The translations under genes and the position numbers were made by a program. Below, one piece after another: positions 1 through 27,483 of a DNA stretch of 64,000 bases. Under the pieces are notes generated by a model. It made no database searches. It saw only the letters and a program-made list of their open reading frames with translations, and was not told where the DNA came from. How positions within the stretch are numbered: the first letter of the stretch is position 1; each line of letters starts with the position of its first letter. Source of the stretch: Mytilus trossulus (Eukaryota). The stretch covers positions 57,288,001-57,352,000 of the forward strand of contig NC_086386.1 of the NCBI RefSeq assembly GCF_036588685.1, given 5' to 3'.

Positions 1-353
1 TTATCTTAGAAAGTCTAAACTGATTAAAATATGACAATTTAGTATACGACCCGTGTATATAGCATATTAATCCTGAATACACCGTTTGGAGGTGCGCCTG
101 TCAGATGCGGAACGTACAAATAAGGTAATCGGTAACTGGTGAATATACTATTGGTATCGGTATCGGACTCGATCCGGAAGTTCTTAATTATTGGCAATAT
201 TAATTACTTGGAAAATAAAAGGGCCTGGAGTTGTGTAATTTTTAATCTACACCTTTGTACTATATTAGTTATATATAAAGTCGAATTCTTTGATTCGTCG
301 TTTTTACGTGATGACGGCTGACAAATTGGACCTCGTAATTTTAGTATTATAGA
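1..353 (-). mobile_element. possible 5' end of a non-autonomous Helitron-like repeat
   Basis: Minus strand reads A|TCTATAATACTAAAA..., the A|TC start typical of Helitrons; the 3' end is outside the window. Confidence 0.35.
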
Positions 354-737
354 TATATTGGTCAATATGGTTGTAACTTTCTCGACGGGTTTTGCAGAAG
401 AAAAACATCTTTTGTAAAAAAAACACTAAAAGAACCCGACAACAAATCAAAGCAGGAAAAGGGAACAATGTTTTTTTTTAACAGCTGGTACAAACATTTG
501 TGCCAAAACACGAAATTTTGCCGTTGCATGAATTGTATACATGTATTATTAATCCAATAACATCGACCATCGGAGCTGATATTCTGTAGTCGTTTAAGGG
601 GAGGTTACTCCGAATCAAATTTAGTACTCGCTGAAAGTAAACAAATAATGTTTAGCATTAATTTGTTAGTATTTCCTCTCAAATGAAACTTTTAAGATAT
701 ATATTTATTCATTAATACATTTTTATCTTTAATACTT

Positions 738-2200
738 ACGGTATATTGCTGGGTCTTCCAAGTGCTCCACGAAACCTCTTTTTTTATGGATAACATCTAT
801 TTTATCAGCAATCAAAGACGGGCTTCAAATTTATTGCAAAACTGCCTTTTCTAGAGGTGGCGTGAATCAGATATGCATGGATACTTTAAAATTCCAAATA
901 TCTTTTAGAGTACATACAATCTTACTCTCTTTCATCTTGCAATAGTATTAAACTATTAAAGCATTTGACCTTTCTACACTTTACACAAGTATTTCACATT
1001 CCAAACTAAAAAACAAATTAAAAGAGTTGGTATTGCTTTGTTTCGTTAAAAAAGAATGGCCAACGTAGATATAAGTATCTTATCTTAGGGAGGGATAAAT
1101 CCTTCTTTGTAAAGGATCACTCTGATTCAATCAAAAAAAATCTCTAAAACTGACATTATCAAGTTGCTTAATTTCTTGGTTGAATACATATTTTTTACGT
1201 TCGGAGAATGTGTTTTTCAACATACTGTCGGCATTTCAATGGGAACCAATTGTGTCCATCTTCTTGCCGACTTGTTTCTTTATTATTATGAGGCTGACTT
1301 CATACAGGAACTTATTAGGTAGAAAGCTTGGTAAGAAGTTAGCAATATCCTTTAATAGATATAGGAAGATGTTGTGTGAGTGCCAATGAGACAACTCTCC
1401 ATCTCTACTTTCCGCTATATAGATGATGTTCTTTCACTAAATAATTCACAATTTGGTGACTATGTTGAACGCATCTATATCCCATCGAACTAGAGATAAA
1501 GGATACAACAGATACAGTTAATTCGGTCTCATATCTTGACTTACATCTGGAAATTGACAATAAGGATCGGTTGGAAACAAAACTTTCGGACAAAAGAGAT
1601 AATTTCAGCTTTCCAATTGTGAACTTTCCATTTCTAAGTAGCAACATTCCAGCAGCACCTACATACGGGTTATATATCTCCCATGTGATACGATATTCCC
1701 GTGCTTGCATTTCCTATCATGATTTTCTTGATAGAGGTTTGCTGCTAACATGGCTAACAAGGAAGCTATTAAACCAAGAGTTTCAAATGGTGAAGTTGAA
1801 ATCATCCCTTCGTAAATTTTACGGACGCCATCACGAGTTTGTTGACCGTTATGGGATAACCGTTTCACAAATGATATCGGATATGTGCCTTACATCGTAA
1901 CTACAATCCCCTTCCCTTGCATGAATGTGAACTACCGAATTATACTATTTACCGGCTTTGTTATGATGAGCAACACGACGATGCCACATGTGGAGCAGGA
2001 TTTGCTTACCCTTACGGAGCACCTGGGATCACCCCTAGTTTTTGGTGGGGTTCGTATTACTTATTCTTTAGTTTCCTATGTTGTGTCATGTGTACTGTTA
2101 TTTGTCTGTTTGTCTATTTCATTTTAGCCATGGCGTTGTCAGTTTATTTTCGACTTATGAGTTTGACTGCCCCCTGGTATCTTTCTTCCCTTTTTTTTTT
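738..2200 (+). mobile_element. degenerate Penelope-like retroelement RT fragment with 3' tail
   Basis: Frameshifted RT motifs RYIAGSSKCSTKPL (~739), FDLSTLYTSI (~964), GISMGTNC (~1230), FRYIDDV (1410-1430), DKRDNFSFPIVNFPFLSSNIPAAP (ORF 1571-1900). Confidence 0.75.
1356..1402 (-). mobile_element. 47-bp terminal fragment of dispersed repeat family A inserted in the RT relic
   Basis: TAGATATAGGAAGATG...GAGACAACTCTCCAT splits the RT between SFN and STFRYIDD. Confidence 0.7.
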
Positions 2201-2987
2201 AACAAATAAACATGCATAAAACGACTTTGATTGAGGTATTTTTGCTTCTAGTATATGAAGATATACACATTTATAGTCTTTTTTCCACTGAGTTGTAAAG
2301 TTTACTTTTTAATATTTCGAAAAAGGGTCTTATAATGGTGTATCCCTATAAACTAACATCAGTTACCCCCGTTTGAATTAGAAGGTTTACATTGAGGTTC
2401 GAAGCTGATATTTTACGAATTAAAATGTGAAGAAATCGATATTCGGTACTCATATGATTGTATTAACACTGGATCCTTGCATCCAATTTGGGATGAAGGA
2501 GGTACCCCTTTTGAACATTTAAAAAAAAATCAAGTACACATACCCTTAACGAATAAGCCTCACTTATGACACAATATAAATACAATATAAAACGTAGGTG
2601 CGTATATATCATCCATATCAGAGGGTAATAAAAAAAAAAGATGCATGTAGAAAGAGTGTTTAATCAGGGGCAGAAATTGTCTTTTGTTTTCAATGGTAAA
2701 TTTGCTAAAATTTATTTATGAGATTACCCCAAAAACTATACTTCTGCGCCAGACATCTGAACAAAACTTCTAGTTAATCGGAATATATTCTCAAACTTTC
2801 GAATGGTATGTAAACTAATTTCTTAATTTGTTCAATTCATAAAAGCATCATTAAGTTTATTTCAGACATTCTAGCTACAGAAGACTTCTATTTATTTTTC
2901 TATGTGCACATACATTTAATTCCATTGATCAGAACGCCATATCTTATTCTTGTATTCAATTTTAAAAATTCAGCTTATAGTGCCATA

Positions 2988-3134
2988 TCAGTTGTTTTTT
3001 TCATTTTCCTTTTCATCACCATCTCAGTCTTTAAAGTCATCATCTTGCTCAACTGTTACTTCCTGATATTGTTGGTACTCAGAAATGAGATCGTTCATAT
3101 TCGACTCCGACTCGGTAAACTCTATCTCATCCAT
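2988..3134 (-). pseudogene. relic 3' end of a seventh, divergent beta-tubulin
   Basis: Translates [47 protein letters not shown]; in-frame TGA at 3026-3024; no upstream tubulin sequence is contiguous with it. Confidence 0.88.
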
Positions 3135-3848
3135 GCTGTTCAAACTGTATTTATTCTACACTATTGATTTTTCTTTTTGTTAATTTTAAAATTGTTTTAT
3201 TATGTTTTATATTGTACTTTGCTCCTTGTTAGCAAATTTAATAGAAATATACATGGTCTTCGTGATGCACTTACAACTGTGTGAAATTATCCAACTCCAA
3301 GTGTCAGAAACTCGACCTTACCATATATTATCGAATGCAAGCTTGAAAAAGTGGCATGTATTTCAATGATCTTCAATGGCTCATCTTTATCCCTCTACGT
3401 GCATCCCCCTTCCCCCAGCACTCTTTCCGCCGAGATTCCGGTACAAATTGAATGGTTTAAATTGTCGCAATTAAATCGTTGACCAATTATTGAAATTGTT
3501 ATCCCTTCTGAACATCTGAGTTCATCGACATTCCCCACAACCCCGGACAATTGGATTTGTGTTGCTAAATGGTAGTGTATTAGGGATATTTGCATGTGTA
3601 TTGGTTCGTCTTTTTATGTTTGGTTGAGATTTTGTTTGCTCTCTTTTTTTACCAACCCTTATGAGTATTGCATTATATATGAAAAACCAATAAAGACAGA
3701 ACTTTATAATTTCTCTAAAAAATAAGAAGTAACATGCTAAATAAACAAGTCCTTCTTTAATTCTAGTTCAAAAAATCCAAGTGTTATCTTCCTCTATGGC
3801 TATAAGCTATTTAAAATCTGTCTTTTCTGCAGAGGTCATAATTTATGT

Positions 3849-7632
<3,784 letters not shown>

Positions 7633-7679
7633 ATTTCAACAGAAGATTGCAAAAGTGAGAAACCTAACAACGCGCGTTG

Positions 7680-7709
7680 TTTTATATGAAGATTCCGGTG
7701 TGTAGCAAC
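7680..7709 (-). promoter_or_regulatory. g1 core promoter: GTTGCTA X-box half-site followed by CACCGGAATCTTCATATAAA (TATA)
   Basis: TATA-like element ~50 nt upstream of ATG; spacer similar to g3 CACCGATTCTTCGATATAAA. Confidence 0.55.
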
Positions 7710-10044
7710 AAAGCTTGCCCTATTGTCTTACAGTCGGTAGTTAACGAAAACTGTTTTAAAACTATGTCACATAAAAGACATAAATTGAGTATGTTTCATA
7801 TATAAGTATATAAGCATGGACAGAAATTTACTTCCATGAATATTAATGCTGTTAAGTATATAAATACCGATATAATCTTTAGTCCAGAGATGAATAGGTG
7901 GCATCCGGGGAGACGGTATGTCCCCATTCAGCACGCGAGGTAATGGTAAAATATAAATATTTTATCGTACAGATTATTTCTATTTATGGTTAAAATATAA
8001 TGCAAGATTGTGCAGGTCCTCTGGTTTTATTTAATTGTTTTATCTCTCATACTTTAATATTTTGGGAAAAAGATGTGAGATATATGTACGTTGAAGTGTC
8101 AGTCACAAGTAACTAAAAGATGTCTAGAGACCTACATCATGCAGTCTATGTAGTATATTTAAGCAGAATCTCATAAGTTGTCGGATTGGGGAGTTCTTCT
8201 GTCCGTCCTACACGCTGTCTGTGAGTACAATAACTCAAATTTATAAAATTTTATTGGTAAATGAATATAGAAATAAGGAGATGTAGTATGATAATTGCTA
8301 ATAAGACACGTATCCATTGGAGACTAAAAAGAAGGATGCAAACAGCTATACTATATATAGTTCCCGTGCGGCTTTCGACAATAACAAAACTCATATCGTA
8401 TACGGTATTACCTACAAAAGGCCCTAAAATAATTTGATATATATGAATTGCATGATGATTTCGCTTTTACTTTGATCACTGGCATGTCAGTTACTATAAG
8501 TATCGTCCTTTGTTTATTTATGTATCATTGTAATTTTGCTTATACTTAGTTTCTTTTGATACCTATTCAACTGATATCGGACTCGTTCTTCTCTTAGACT
8601 GTGTTAATTTACTTATGCGTATATTGCTGTGTGTTTCTTTTTGGCGGGGTTCCTGTTGTTTGTCTGTAGTTTTCTGTGTTGTGTCTTGTGTACTCATAGT
8701 TGTCTTTTTGTCCTTTTCTTAAAAAACCATGCCGTTGTCAATTTATTTTCGATCTATGAGTTTGAATATCCGACTCCCTCTTGTAATTTTCGCCCCTCTT
8801 TTATTCTACATTGGCTAGAGATATATATAGAGGGGTTAGATCTCATGTTAAAAATGTTTAACCCGGTCGCATTTTTGCGACCCTGTCCCAAGTTAAGCTG
8901 TCCCAAGTCAAGAGCGTCTGCCTTATGTTAGTTTTGAATGGTTTTTTTTAATAGTTCATTTATATGTTTTTTTATCAAGCTACACTCTAAATTTCGTAAT
9001 TCATTATATGACCATTTACTAAACTTTTCAACATGTCAATGTAAAGAATCTCAATTCGAATAAAAATAATTAAGCGTATCTTCTTCTTTTAGTGCTTTAA
9101 AGTTTACTTAAACCAGGTAGATGCTGAAAAAATATAATATACAGATATAAACATAATTCATTTTTTACAAAAATAAGGCCGTAAGTTTTCTCGCTTGAAT
9201 TGTTTTTCATTGTCTTATCCGGGCCTTTTATAGCTAACTATATGCGGTATGGGCTTTGCTCATTGTTGAAGGCCGTACGGTGACCTATAATTGTTAATGT
9301 TTGTGTTATTTTGGTCTTTTTTGGATAGTTGTCTCATTGGCAATCATACCACATCTTCTTTTTTTATATAACCCAATTTTCACATTATTTTTCAAAACAG
9401 TCACAAAGCCACAAATTTGCAATTTCTTTAATGAAGAATGCTCAAATATAATTTAAATACCCATAACGTTTCTCTTTTGTACATTTCATGAGCTAAAGAT
9501 TATATAATATAGTAAAAAAAAGAACTTTATATAGCCCCATCAAAGTATCATACTTTACATAAATTTTAAGAAAATCAACAAAAAACTTATCAAAAAAAAC
9601 CCTAAATTTTGTGGAGTTATCTCCCCATCCAATGTTTATTTCCAAATGCTGTTTTCCTCAATATGATTTTATGGGACTTTTTTCTGTGTATATTTAGGAC
9701 CTAATACTAAAGATTAGAACTAAAACATTCTCTGTTGCTATTAGTTTGAGGTTAAAACTTAGTTTGACTTAACTATTATTCGTAAACATTTGCCGTTTGT
9801 TCGAAATATTTTTTTATATTAAAGTTGAAAATGTGTGTTGACCGAGAATCCATTTCTTACCACCTTCCAAAATACACACTCACAGTGACACAAAACAGAA
9901 AAAAAAGATTCACATCAGAAAATCATGACGATAAGTTGGCTTTAGACGAATTTTGGCTATTTATTTTTGGTATTTTTGACATATATAGCTCTTCAACGAT
10001 TTTCGGTACTTATACATCTTCGGATTTTAAATGTTTGGCTTTAA

Positions 10045-10086
10045 GCGTTCCTGATGAAGGTAAATCCAGAAAAGCGCTTCGGACGC
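10045..10086 (+). ncRNA. candidate minimal type I hammerhead ribozyme variant within a repeat fragment (~9940-10110)
   Basis: GCGTTC-CTGATGA-A-GG-TAAAT-CC-A-GAAA-AGCGCT-TC-GGACGC: stem I 10045-10050/10081-10086, core CUGAUGA and GAAA, palindromic AAGCGCTT stem III, predicted cleavage after C10080. Confidence 0.65.
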
Positions 10087-10829
10087 AATAAATTATAAAA
10101 CGTGTTGTTTTTCATTGTCATGTTTTTTAAATGTATATGCATAGCTGGGCAAAGGGGAATAATCCAATGTTTTTTTTACGATTTTCTATAGGCTAGTCGA
10201 TGTATAACATATAACTTTATGGTACTTTGATTCCACAATAAACAAAAATATCCGGTAGCTCAAATATAGGGAGTGATGAAAAAATATGGTAATTATTAAA
10301 CAAAATCTTTATTTAAGCTTTCAAAAGCAGAAGTTTGCGTCAGAGGATTTTCTTCTAAGCATTGAAATCATAATTATAGAGGCAGATGTAGGTAGAAATA
10401 GTGGTCTGAATATATCCGTATTGAGCTACATGTACGATTTCGAGGGGGAAACAATGAAAATGTTGAATAAACCTTTTTCGGTACGTCGGAGTCGGACCTT
10501 TGTTTTGAGGTCGTAATTCGTCCTTTTTACTAATCGGGACTCGGAAATTTGCCAGTAGGTCTATTAATTAATTCATTGGAATACGAGGGGGGAAATAAAA
10601 CGCCATGAATTCAAGATTTATATATATAGCGTTTATATTTTTGGGACTTCGGGATGACTTCCTTTTTCCTCAACAAAAAATACCCAGAGAAAAACACACT
10701 GGATAACTATCAAAAGCGCGAAATGCCCCAGCACTCAACTCTGAAATTACTGTATTATAACAAAGTCAGTGTAGGACTTTCTTTTACATATTATCTGGGA
10801 GACATAATTGATGCCCCGCAGATGCAAAG

Positions 10830-11030
10830 AGTTATTATACCCCACACAACGAAGTTGCGGAGAGTATCATGTTTTTCACCCGTCCGTCTGTCCGTCCGTC
10901 AGTCCTCATATCGACAGGAAATAAAGATTCATTTTTTTTCTAGAGTAACGACTCTTTGAACTTATTTGGCTTAAGAAACTGCCTCAAAACTTCTCTGAAA
11001 CCAAACAACAAAATTTTCATGGAATTGTTT
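10830..11030 (+). mobile_element. HINE/pearl-like element 5' fragment
   Basis: TTATTATACCC start, small hairpin, (GTCC/GTCT)n microsatellite. Confidence 0.45.
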
Positions 11031-11073
11031 AAAGATTTTAAGGAATACTATGTATATGTGGTCGCTGATTGAC

Positions 11074-11212
11074 CATTGGCGGATCCAGGGGGGTCCGATC
11101 CCACTTTTTTGGGCCGATCAATGCATTTGAATGGGACCAGCATACAGTTGGAACCCCCCTTTTTACTCTGGGTTTGGGACCCCCTTTTTTAAAATGGCTG
11201 GATCCGCCCCTG
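11074..11212 (-). mobile_element. GC-rich MITE (family B, hAT5-like)
   Basis: TIR CAGGGGCGGATCCAG; near-perfect 5-bp TSD TTGAC/TGGAC. Confidence 0.75.
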
Positions 11213-12199
11213 TGGACCATTAACCCCCGAGGTTAGCATCAGCTCAGTATGGTCAGTTCTTCGGTTCTAGTAACATGATTCATAACAATCCTTTCTAAAA
11301 TGTCCGTTTATAAATCTTACAATTAAATATAACTTCATTGCAAAATTCTTTTATTAAAAACTGTATTTTGGTTCTTATACAATGGGCACATAGAGAATAC
11401 AAGTACATGTATAAGGCACGTATAAGGAATACAATTAGACTGCAATATGTACACTTGCGGGGGAAGTTGCAGATGCGGATCCAGGATTGCGATCACAAAA
11501 GGGGTGTGCACGTCCCCAAACTAGATACAATTTTGAGTTGTTTTGGTAAAATGTCTGGATTCACGAGGGATTAACTATAAAAATAGCTCCATTATGGGCC
11601 TGAATACCGTCCAATTCGAACATCCTATCTTCGCTATGGGGACACCCGTTGTTAAAAAAAGTTCCAGCAAATCTACATATTAATATGAATTTGACAAGGT
11701 CAATTTATGTTAATTAAATAAATTATTAAATAAAAGGAGCATTATACCGTGTAAATACACGGGCCGCCTTATCAGACAGATGAAAATTTATGACCCGTTG
11801 TTATTTGATAATTAGAATAATAAAACATCCGTGAAATTGCACCCCTTTAACATATTTCTCATGTGAAGAAGGTATCCCATTATACATAGCAGCGGCACGT
11901 CTGTGTATACCTTCAGATACGATATGAAGAGGCCCTTTCCCCTAATGTTATATGAAATGCAGTCGAATCACGTTTATAATCTAATCCGTCTAATCCCTAG
12001 CTATCTCAACACATCTCTCATTAATTCATTACTTATGCATTCATCTCATGTCTCTTATTAAAATACATAGGACAAAATGATCATTGATAATCAATAACCC
12101 CGATTGTGCAAACGAAATGAAGCAGAACACACTAAAGAATATCTAAATTATAGATTTTAAAATAGAAGTGTGTCATGTATCTGCGTATGAAGTAAACGG

Positions 12200-12257
12200 G
12201 TGACGCGGCACCGATTTACTGATATAAATACGTTGACACAATCAAATCCATAGCAAC
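12200..12257 (+). promoter_or_regulatory. g2 core promoter: GTGACGCGGCACCGATT, TATAAA, ATCCATAGCAAC X-box-like site
   Basis: 17-bp block identical to the g3 promoter (22200-22216) with the same spacing to TATAAA and TAGCAAC. Confidence 0.7.
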
Positions 12258-12313
12258 GCTGTTTGAACGAAGTCTGATACAAGTTTCACTAACGGTCTGA
12301 GAAAAATTTGAAA

Positions 12314-18624
<6,311 letters not shown>

Positions 18625-19590
18625 ATAAACACTAGAAAACAAAATTTTAATTCTACTGAAAGTGCCATGTGTAATTGATAAGATCGGAAAGAGACACTCA
18701 TAAAAACGAACGTTCTTCATGTAGTTTTAAATATTAATTAAAGTAATAATTGCATTATTTTATCAAAGCTCCTTTGTTTATTGGATACAGACGATGCATT
18801 TTAATTCAGATACAGCTTTTAATGAATTCTGTAAAATGGATATTATTTCAAGTCAGTTTTTTATTTATTGAATTTTTTATTGTTAATACTTAAATAAAGG
18901 TAAAAAATTAATGATCATATGCCAGTATATGAAATTGAAGGCCAAATCTAAATTTAAGCTGAAAGTGTATTTGATGCGTTATCAACCTTTGTTGTTATGG
19001 CAAGTAATTGAGGTTAAATCCCAAGATTGAATATGTTAGGCTTTTTATCCCTGTGAATGGTTATCACAAAACTTGACTTTTTTAGATTACACAAACATAA
19101 TTGTTCCGTTTTAACAGCCATAGATATAAGAAAAGTGATGTGAGTGCTAATGAGAGACAACTCTCCATTCCAAGTCACAATTTGTGAAAAGTTCATGTAC
19201 ATGCACACAACAATTTACAAAGTACATTGCACCAAGTGAAGGTATTTTAAAAAAATGTGGATTCTATTTCAATTTCACTTCCATTTATAACTTTTTAGGA
19301 AGCCAGGCATAGCTATCCTACATTCTGTCATCAATTGCTCGGTGTTCAATTTCGATCCGTGATTGTCAAACCTTACTCTTTGTCAGAAGATGTGACTTTG
19401 ATCAAAAAGAAAAATTTTCTGCATGTTTTTACCATGAAAAATAATATTTCACAATTTAAAAATGATTTCCAATCTCCAGTGAGATGTGTGTCTGCTGAAG
19501 ACTTTACAAATTGATGCTCTACTTGACACCTACCAATAGTTGAAATTTCAAAGTTCCTACTCTGGGACCAATATATGTTTTCATGGAACA

Positions 19591-19950
19591 CTTATTGTGC
19601 ATACAAGTAAAGCAGTCAACTGAAACAGTCTTAATGCAATTCTTGCACAAAAATGATATCTATTAATTGTCAATGAAGCTTGGACATGCAAACTAACACA
19701 TGTTAAATTTGTCCCAAAAATTTCAGTCGAATGAATAAAAGTATAGATGGGATATGTGTCAATGAGGCAGCAACTCAACCACACAAACAAACACCTACAG
19801 TCTTCAACAATCAACATGTGTATGATATAACACCATGTTATGCAGCAAAATATCACTTAGTTTACAACTTTTCTACACTAACTCTTGATCTTATTGTGCA
19901 TAAGTAAAGCAGTCAACTGAAAATTTCTGATGCAATTCTTGCACAAAAAT
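19591..19950. repeat. ~62-bp direct repeat (19591-19654, 19890-19950) flanking a copy of g2 intron 2 sequence
   Basis: CTTATTGTGCATA..AAGTAAAGCAGTCAACTGAAA...ATGCAATTCTTGCACAAAAAT occurs twice; 19668-19815 resembles 15256-15472. Confidence 0.75.
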
Positions 19951-20149
19951 TATATGATTGGTTGTGAGTCTTTAGGGAATACAATCTGGAGGCAGCAGTG
20001 ACTACTATATAACACTAAAAAAAAGCTTTACAATGCAGAAGGCAGTGGACCTAGAAGCTATTTACTTTAGCATGAAGATGCCTCAATTTTTGTGTTGAAA
20101 AAATTTGCCTAATATCTTGTAACTATATTTGGTATATTGGATCCATACA

Positions 20150-21150
20150 AGGTCTACATGTATGTCTGACAGGGTTCACATGACCTAAGCCTTATTTCCT
20201 GGATTGGTAGAAAAATCGGGAAATTGTGGTCCAGTCTGTATCTGAAACCATAAGCAACAGATAAACTATATTTGTTATAAAAGATTGCGATATGTTCGAC
20301 CTGTAGGCATTGTTTGACCCTGAGCGATTTAACCTCAATTTTCAGTTGAATTTTTGTCGCAGAAAGTTTGACATAGGAATAGTAAGCTAACTTCTTAAAA
20401 GCTTTATTTTTAGGTGGATGACCTGGACTCTTCATACTTTGTATATAGATGCCTCATGTTACGAAGTTAACGTCAGTCTCAAGTCCTTGACCTCTTTTTC
20501 ATGGTTCATTGAGTACTTGATGAAAAAGTGGAAGATTTTTTGTACTTTTATAAGTAATACTAATAGGCCAAATATATTTGGTACGTGCATACCTTGCAAG
20601 TTCCTCGTGTCCGTCGGACAGTTTTCACTTGACCTCGACCTCATCTCATGGATCAGTGAACAAGGTTAAGTCTTAGTGGTCAAGTCCATATCTCAGATAC
20701 TATAAGCAATAGGTCTAGTATAGAAAGACTAAGGTGTACATGTCCAACTGGCAGGTGTCATCTGACCTTGACCTCATTTTCCTGTTTCAGTGGTTATAGT
20801 TCAGTTTTTTTGTGTTATGGTCTGTTTTTTGTTAAACTATGCAATAGGTCTATATTTGATGTATAAAATGAATGTAAGGTGTACCTGTCTAGCTGGCAGT
20901 TGTCATCTGACCTTGACCTCATTTTCATGGTTCAGTAGTTAAAGTTAAGTTTTTGAGTTTGGTCTTTTTTCTTATTCTATATGCAATAGTATATATGGTG
21001 TATGGAAATATTTTATGATTTATATGTCCGTTGCGCAGATTTTATTTGACCTTGACCTCGTGTTCAGTGTTAAGTTTTAGTGGTTTTTTTTTCTTAAATT
21101 ATAAGCAATAGGTCAACTATATTTATTTTGGAAGAAATTGTTAGCTGTAC
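20150..21150. repeat. degenerate ~140-170 bp tandem repeats (HINE-core-like)
   Basis: Recurrent TGACCTTGACCTCATTTTCATGGTTCAGT and GCAATAGGTC motifs. Confidence 0.6.
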
Positions 21151-22199
21151 TAATTGCCTTAATGAAATTCAGTGGCACGTCTTGGTTTAATTCATAGGTC
21201 GCAGTTTAAAAGTAACTTGACATTGAAAGACCTTGAAATACAAGTATAAGAAAAAACTAATCACTCACAAGTGTTTTGCATAAAACAAAGTCCGAAGTGG
21301 TACACGCAACTTGGTTGTGACCAAAAAGCTCTATGACGTAGATGGTTTCTAGCTTCACTAAAAGCGTCAAATTATAACGTCCTATTTCGCGTTTTTCACG
21401 ATCATGTACGCGTCACAATTCATTTAGCAAAAAAAGCGGGATAAAGCACCGCACTAATAGCTAAGTGAAAAAAACATTTTTCTTATTGGCAATCGCACCA
21501 CATCTCATTTTTATATATTTTATAAAAGATACGTGTTATAACACTATCTGTAAATCTGCATGACATTATTTTATTTTGGGATAAAACTGATGAGCAGTGC
21601 ATCATCGATCTACAAAAAACAATCAAAACGAAAATTAGATTACCAATTCTGGAGTTCTTGCCCCTGATTTTTTTTATTTTGGCCAATTTGGATTAAAAAA
21701 TCTAATGAAATTTCTGGGCCAATTGAAGCGAAACTTACCAACAATCGTCACTGATGTATCAAGGTTAAACTTTTAAAAAGTAAAAGCACAAAAATACTGA
21801 ACTCCGAGGTAAATTCTAAACGGAGAGTCCCTAATCAAATGACAAAATCAAAGCTGGTTTGTAGGTGGTACAGAATAAAGAAATCATCTTAGAACCGATA
21901 ATTTCATATTTAAACTATTTTTATTAGAATTCTATAGAATATCCGTTATTTTATTTATAACTGACTTCGAGAATTTAAAGACTACAGAAATTGAGGACAT
22001 TCCATCCGTATCCTTATGCATACACCCATTTCAAATCTCTGTTCATAGTTCGTACAACTAAAAACCTTCACTTTGATTAGGTTTTTAAAATCAATAACCA
22101 CCCTTCTTGCAGAAGAGATGATGCATAACAGTTATTAAAGAATATGAAAATTTAATTGACATGCGTTTCGAGGCGCATCATAAAAATCATCTGTAACAA

Positions 22200-22260
22200 G
22201 TGACGCGGCACCGATTCTTCGATATAAATTCGTTTACAATGTAAAACCCTATAGCAACGG
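22200..22260 (+). promoter_or_regulatory. g3 core promoter: GTGACGCGGCACCGATT, TATAAA, CTATAGCAACGG
   Basis: Conserved with the g2 promoter although the surrounding DNA is unalignable. Confidence 0.7.
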
Positions 22261-22316
22261 TGGAGAAAGCTGAACAAGATACCTAGTAGTTCCAAGTTCC
22301 GAAGAAAAAGATAAAA

Positions 22317-27483
<5,167 letters not shown>

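Noticed and set aside
3395-3595. 66-aa ORF with slightly higher GC
   Set aside because: No recognisable motif or splice structure; a call cannot be supported without a search
21587-21610. Second CTGATGAG hammerhead-like core
   Set aside because: No properly placed GAAA or flanking stems
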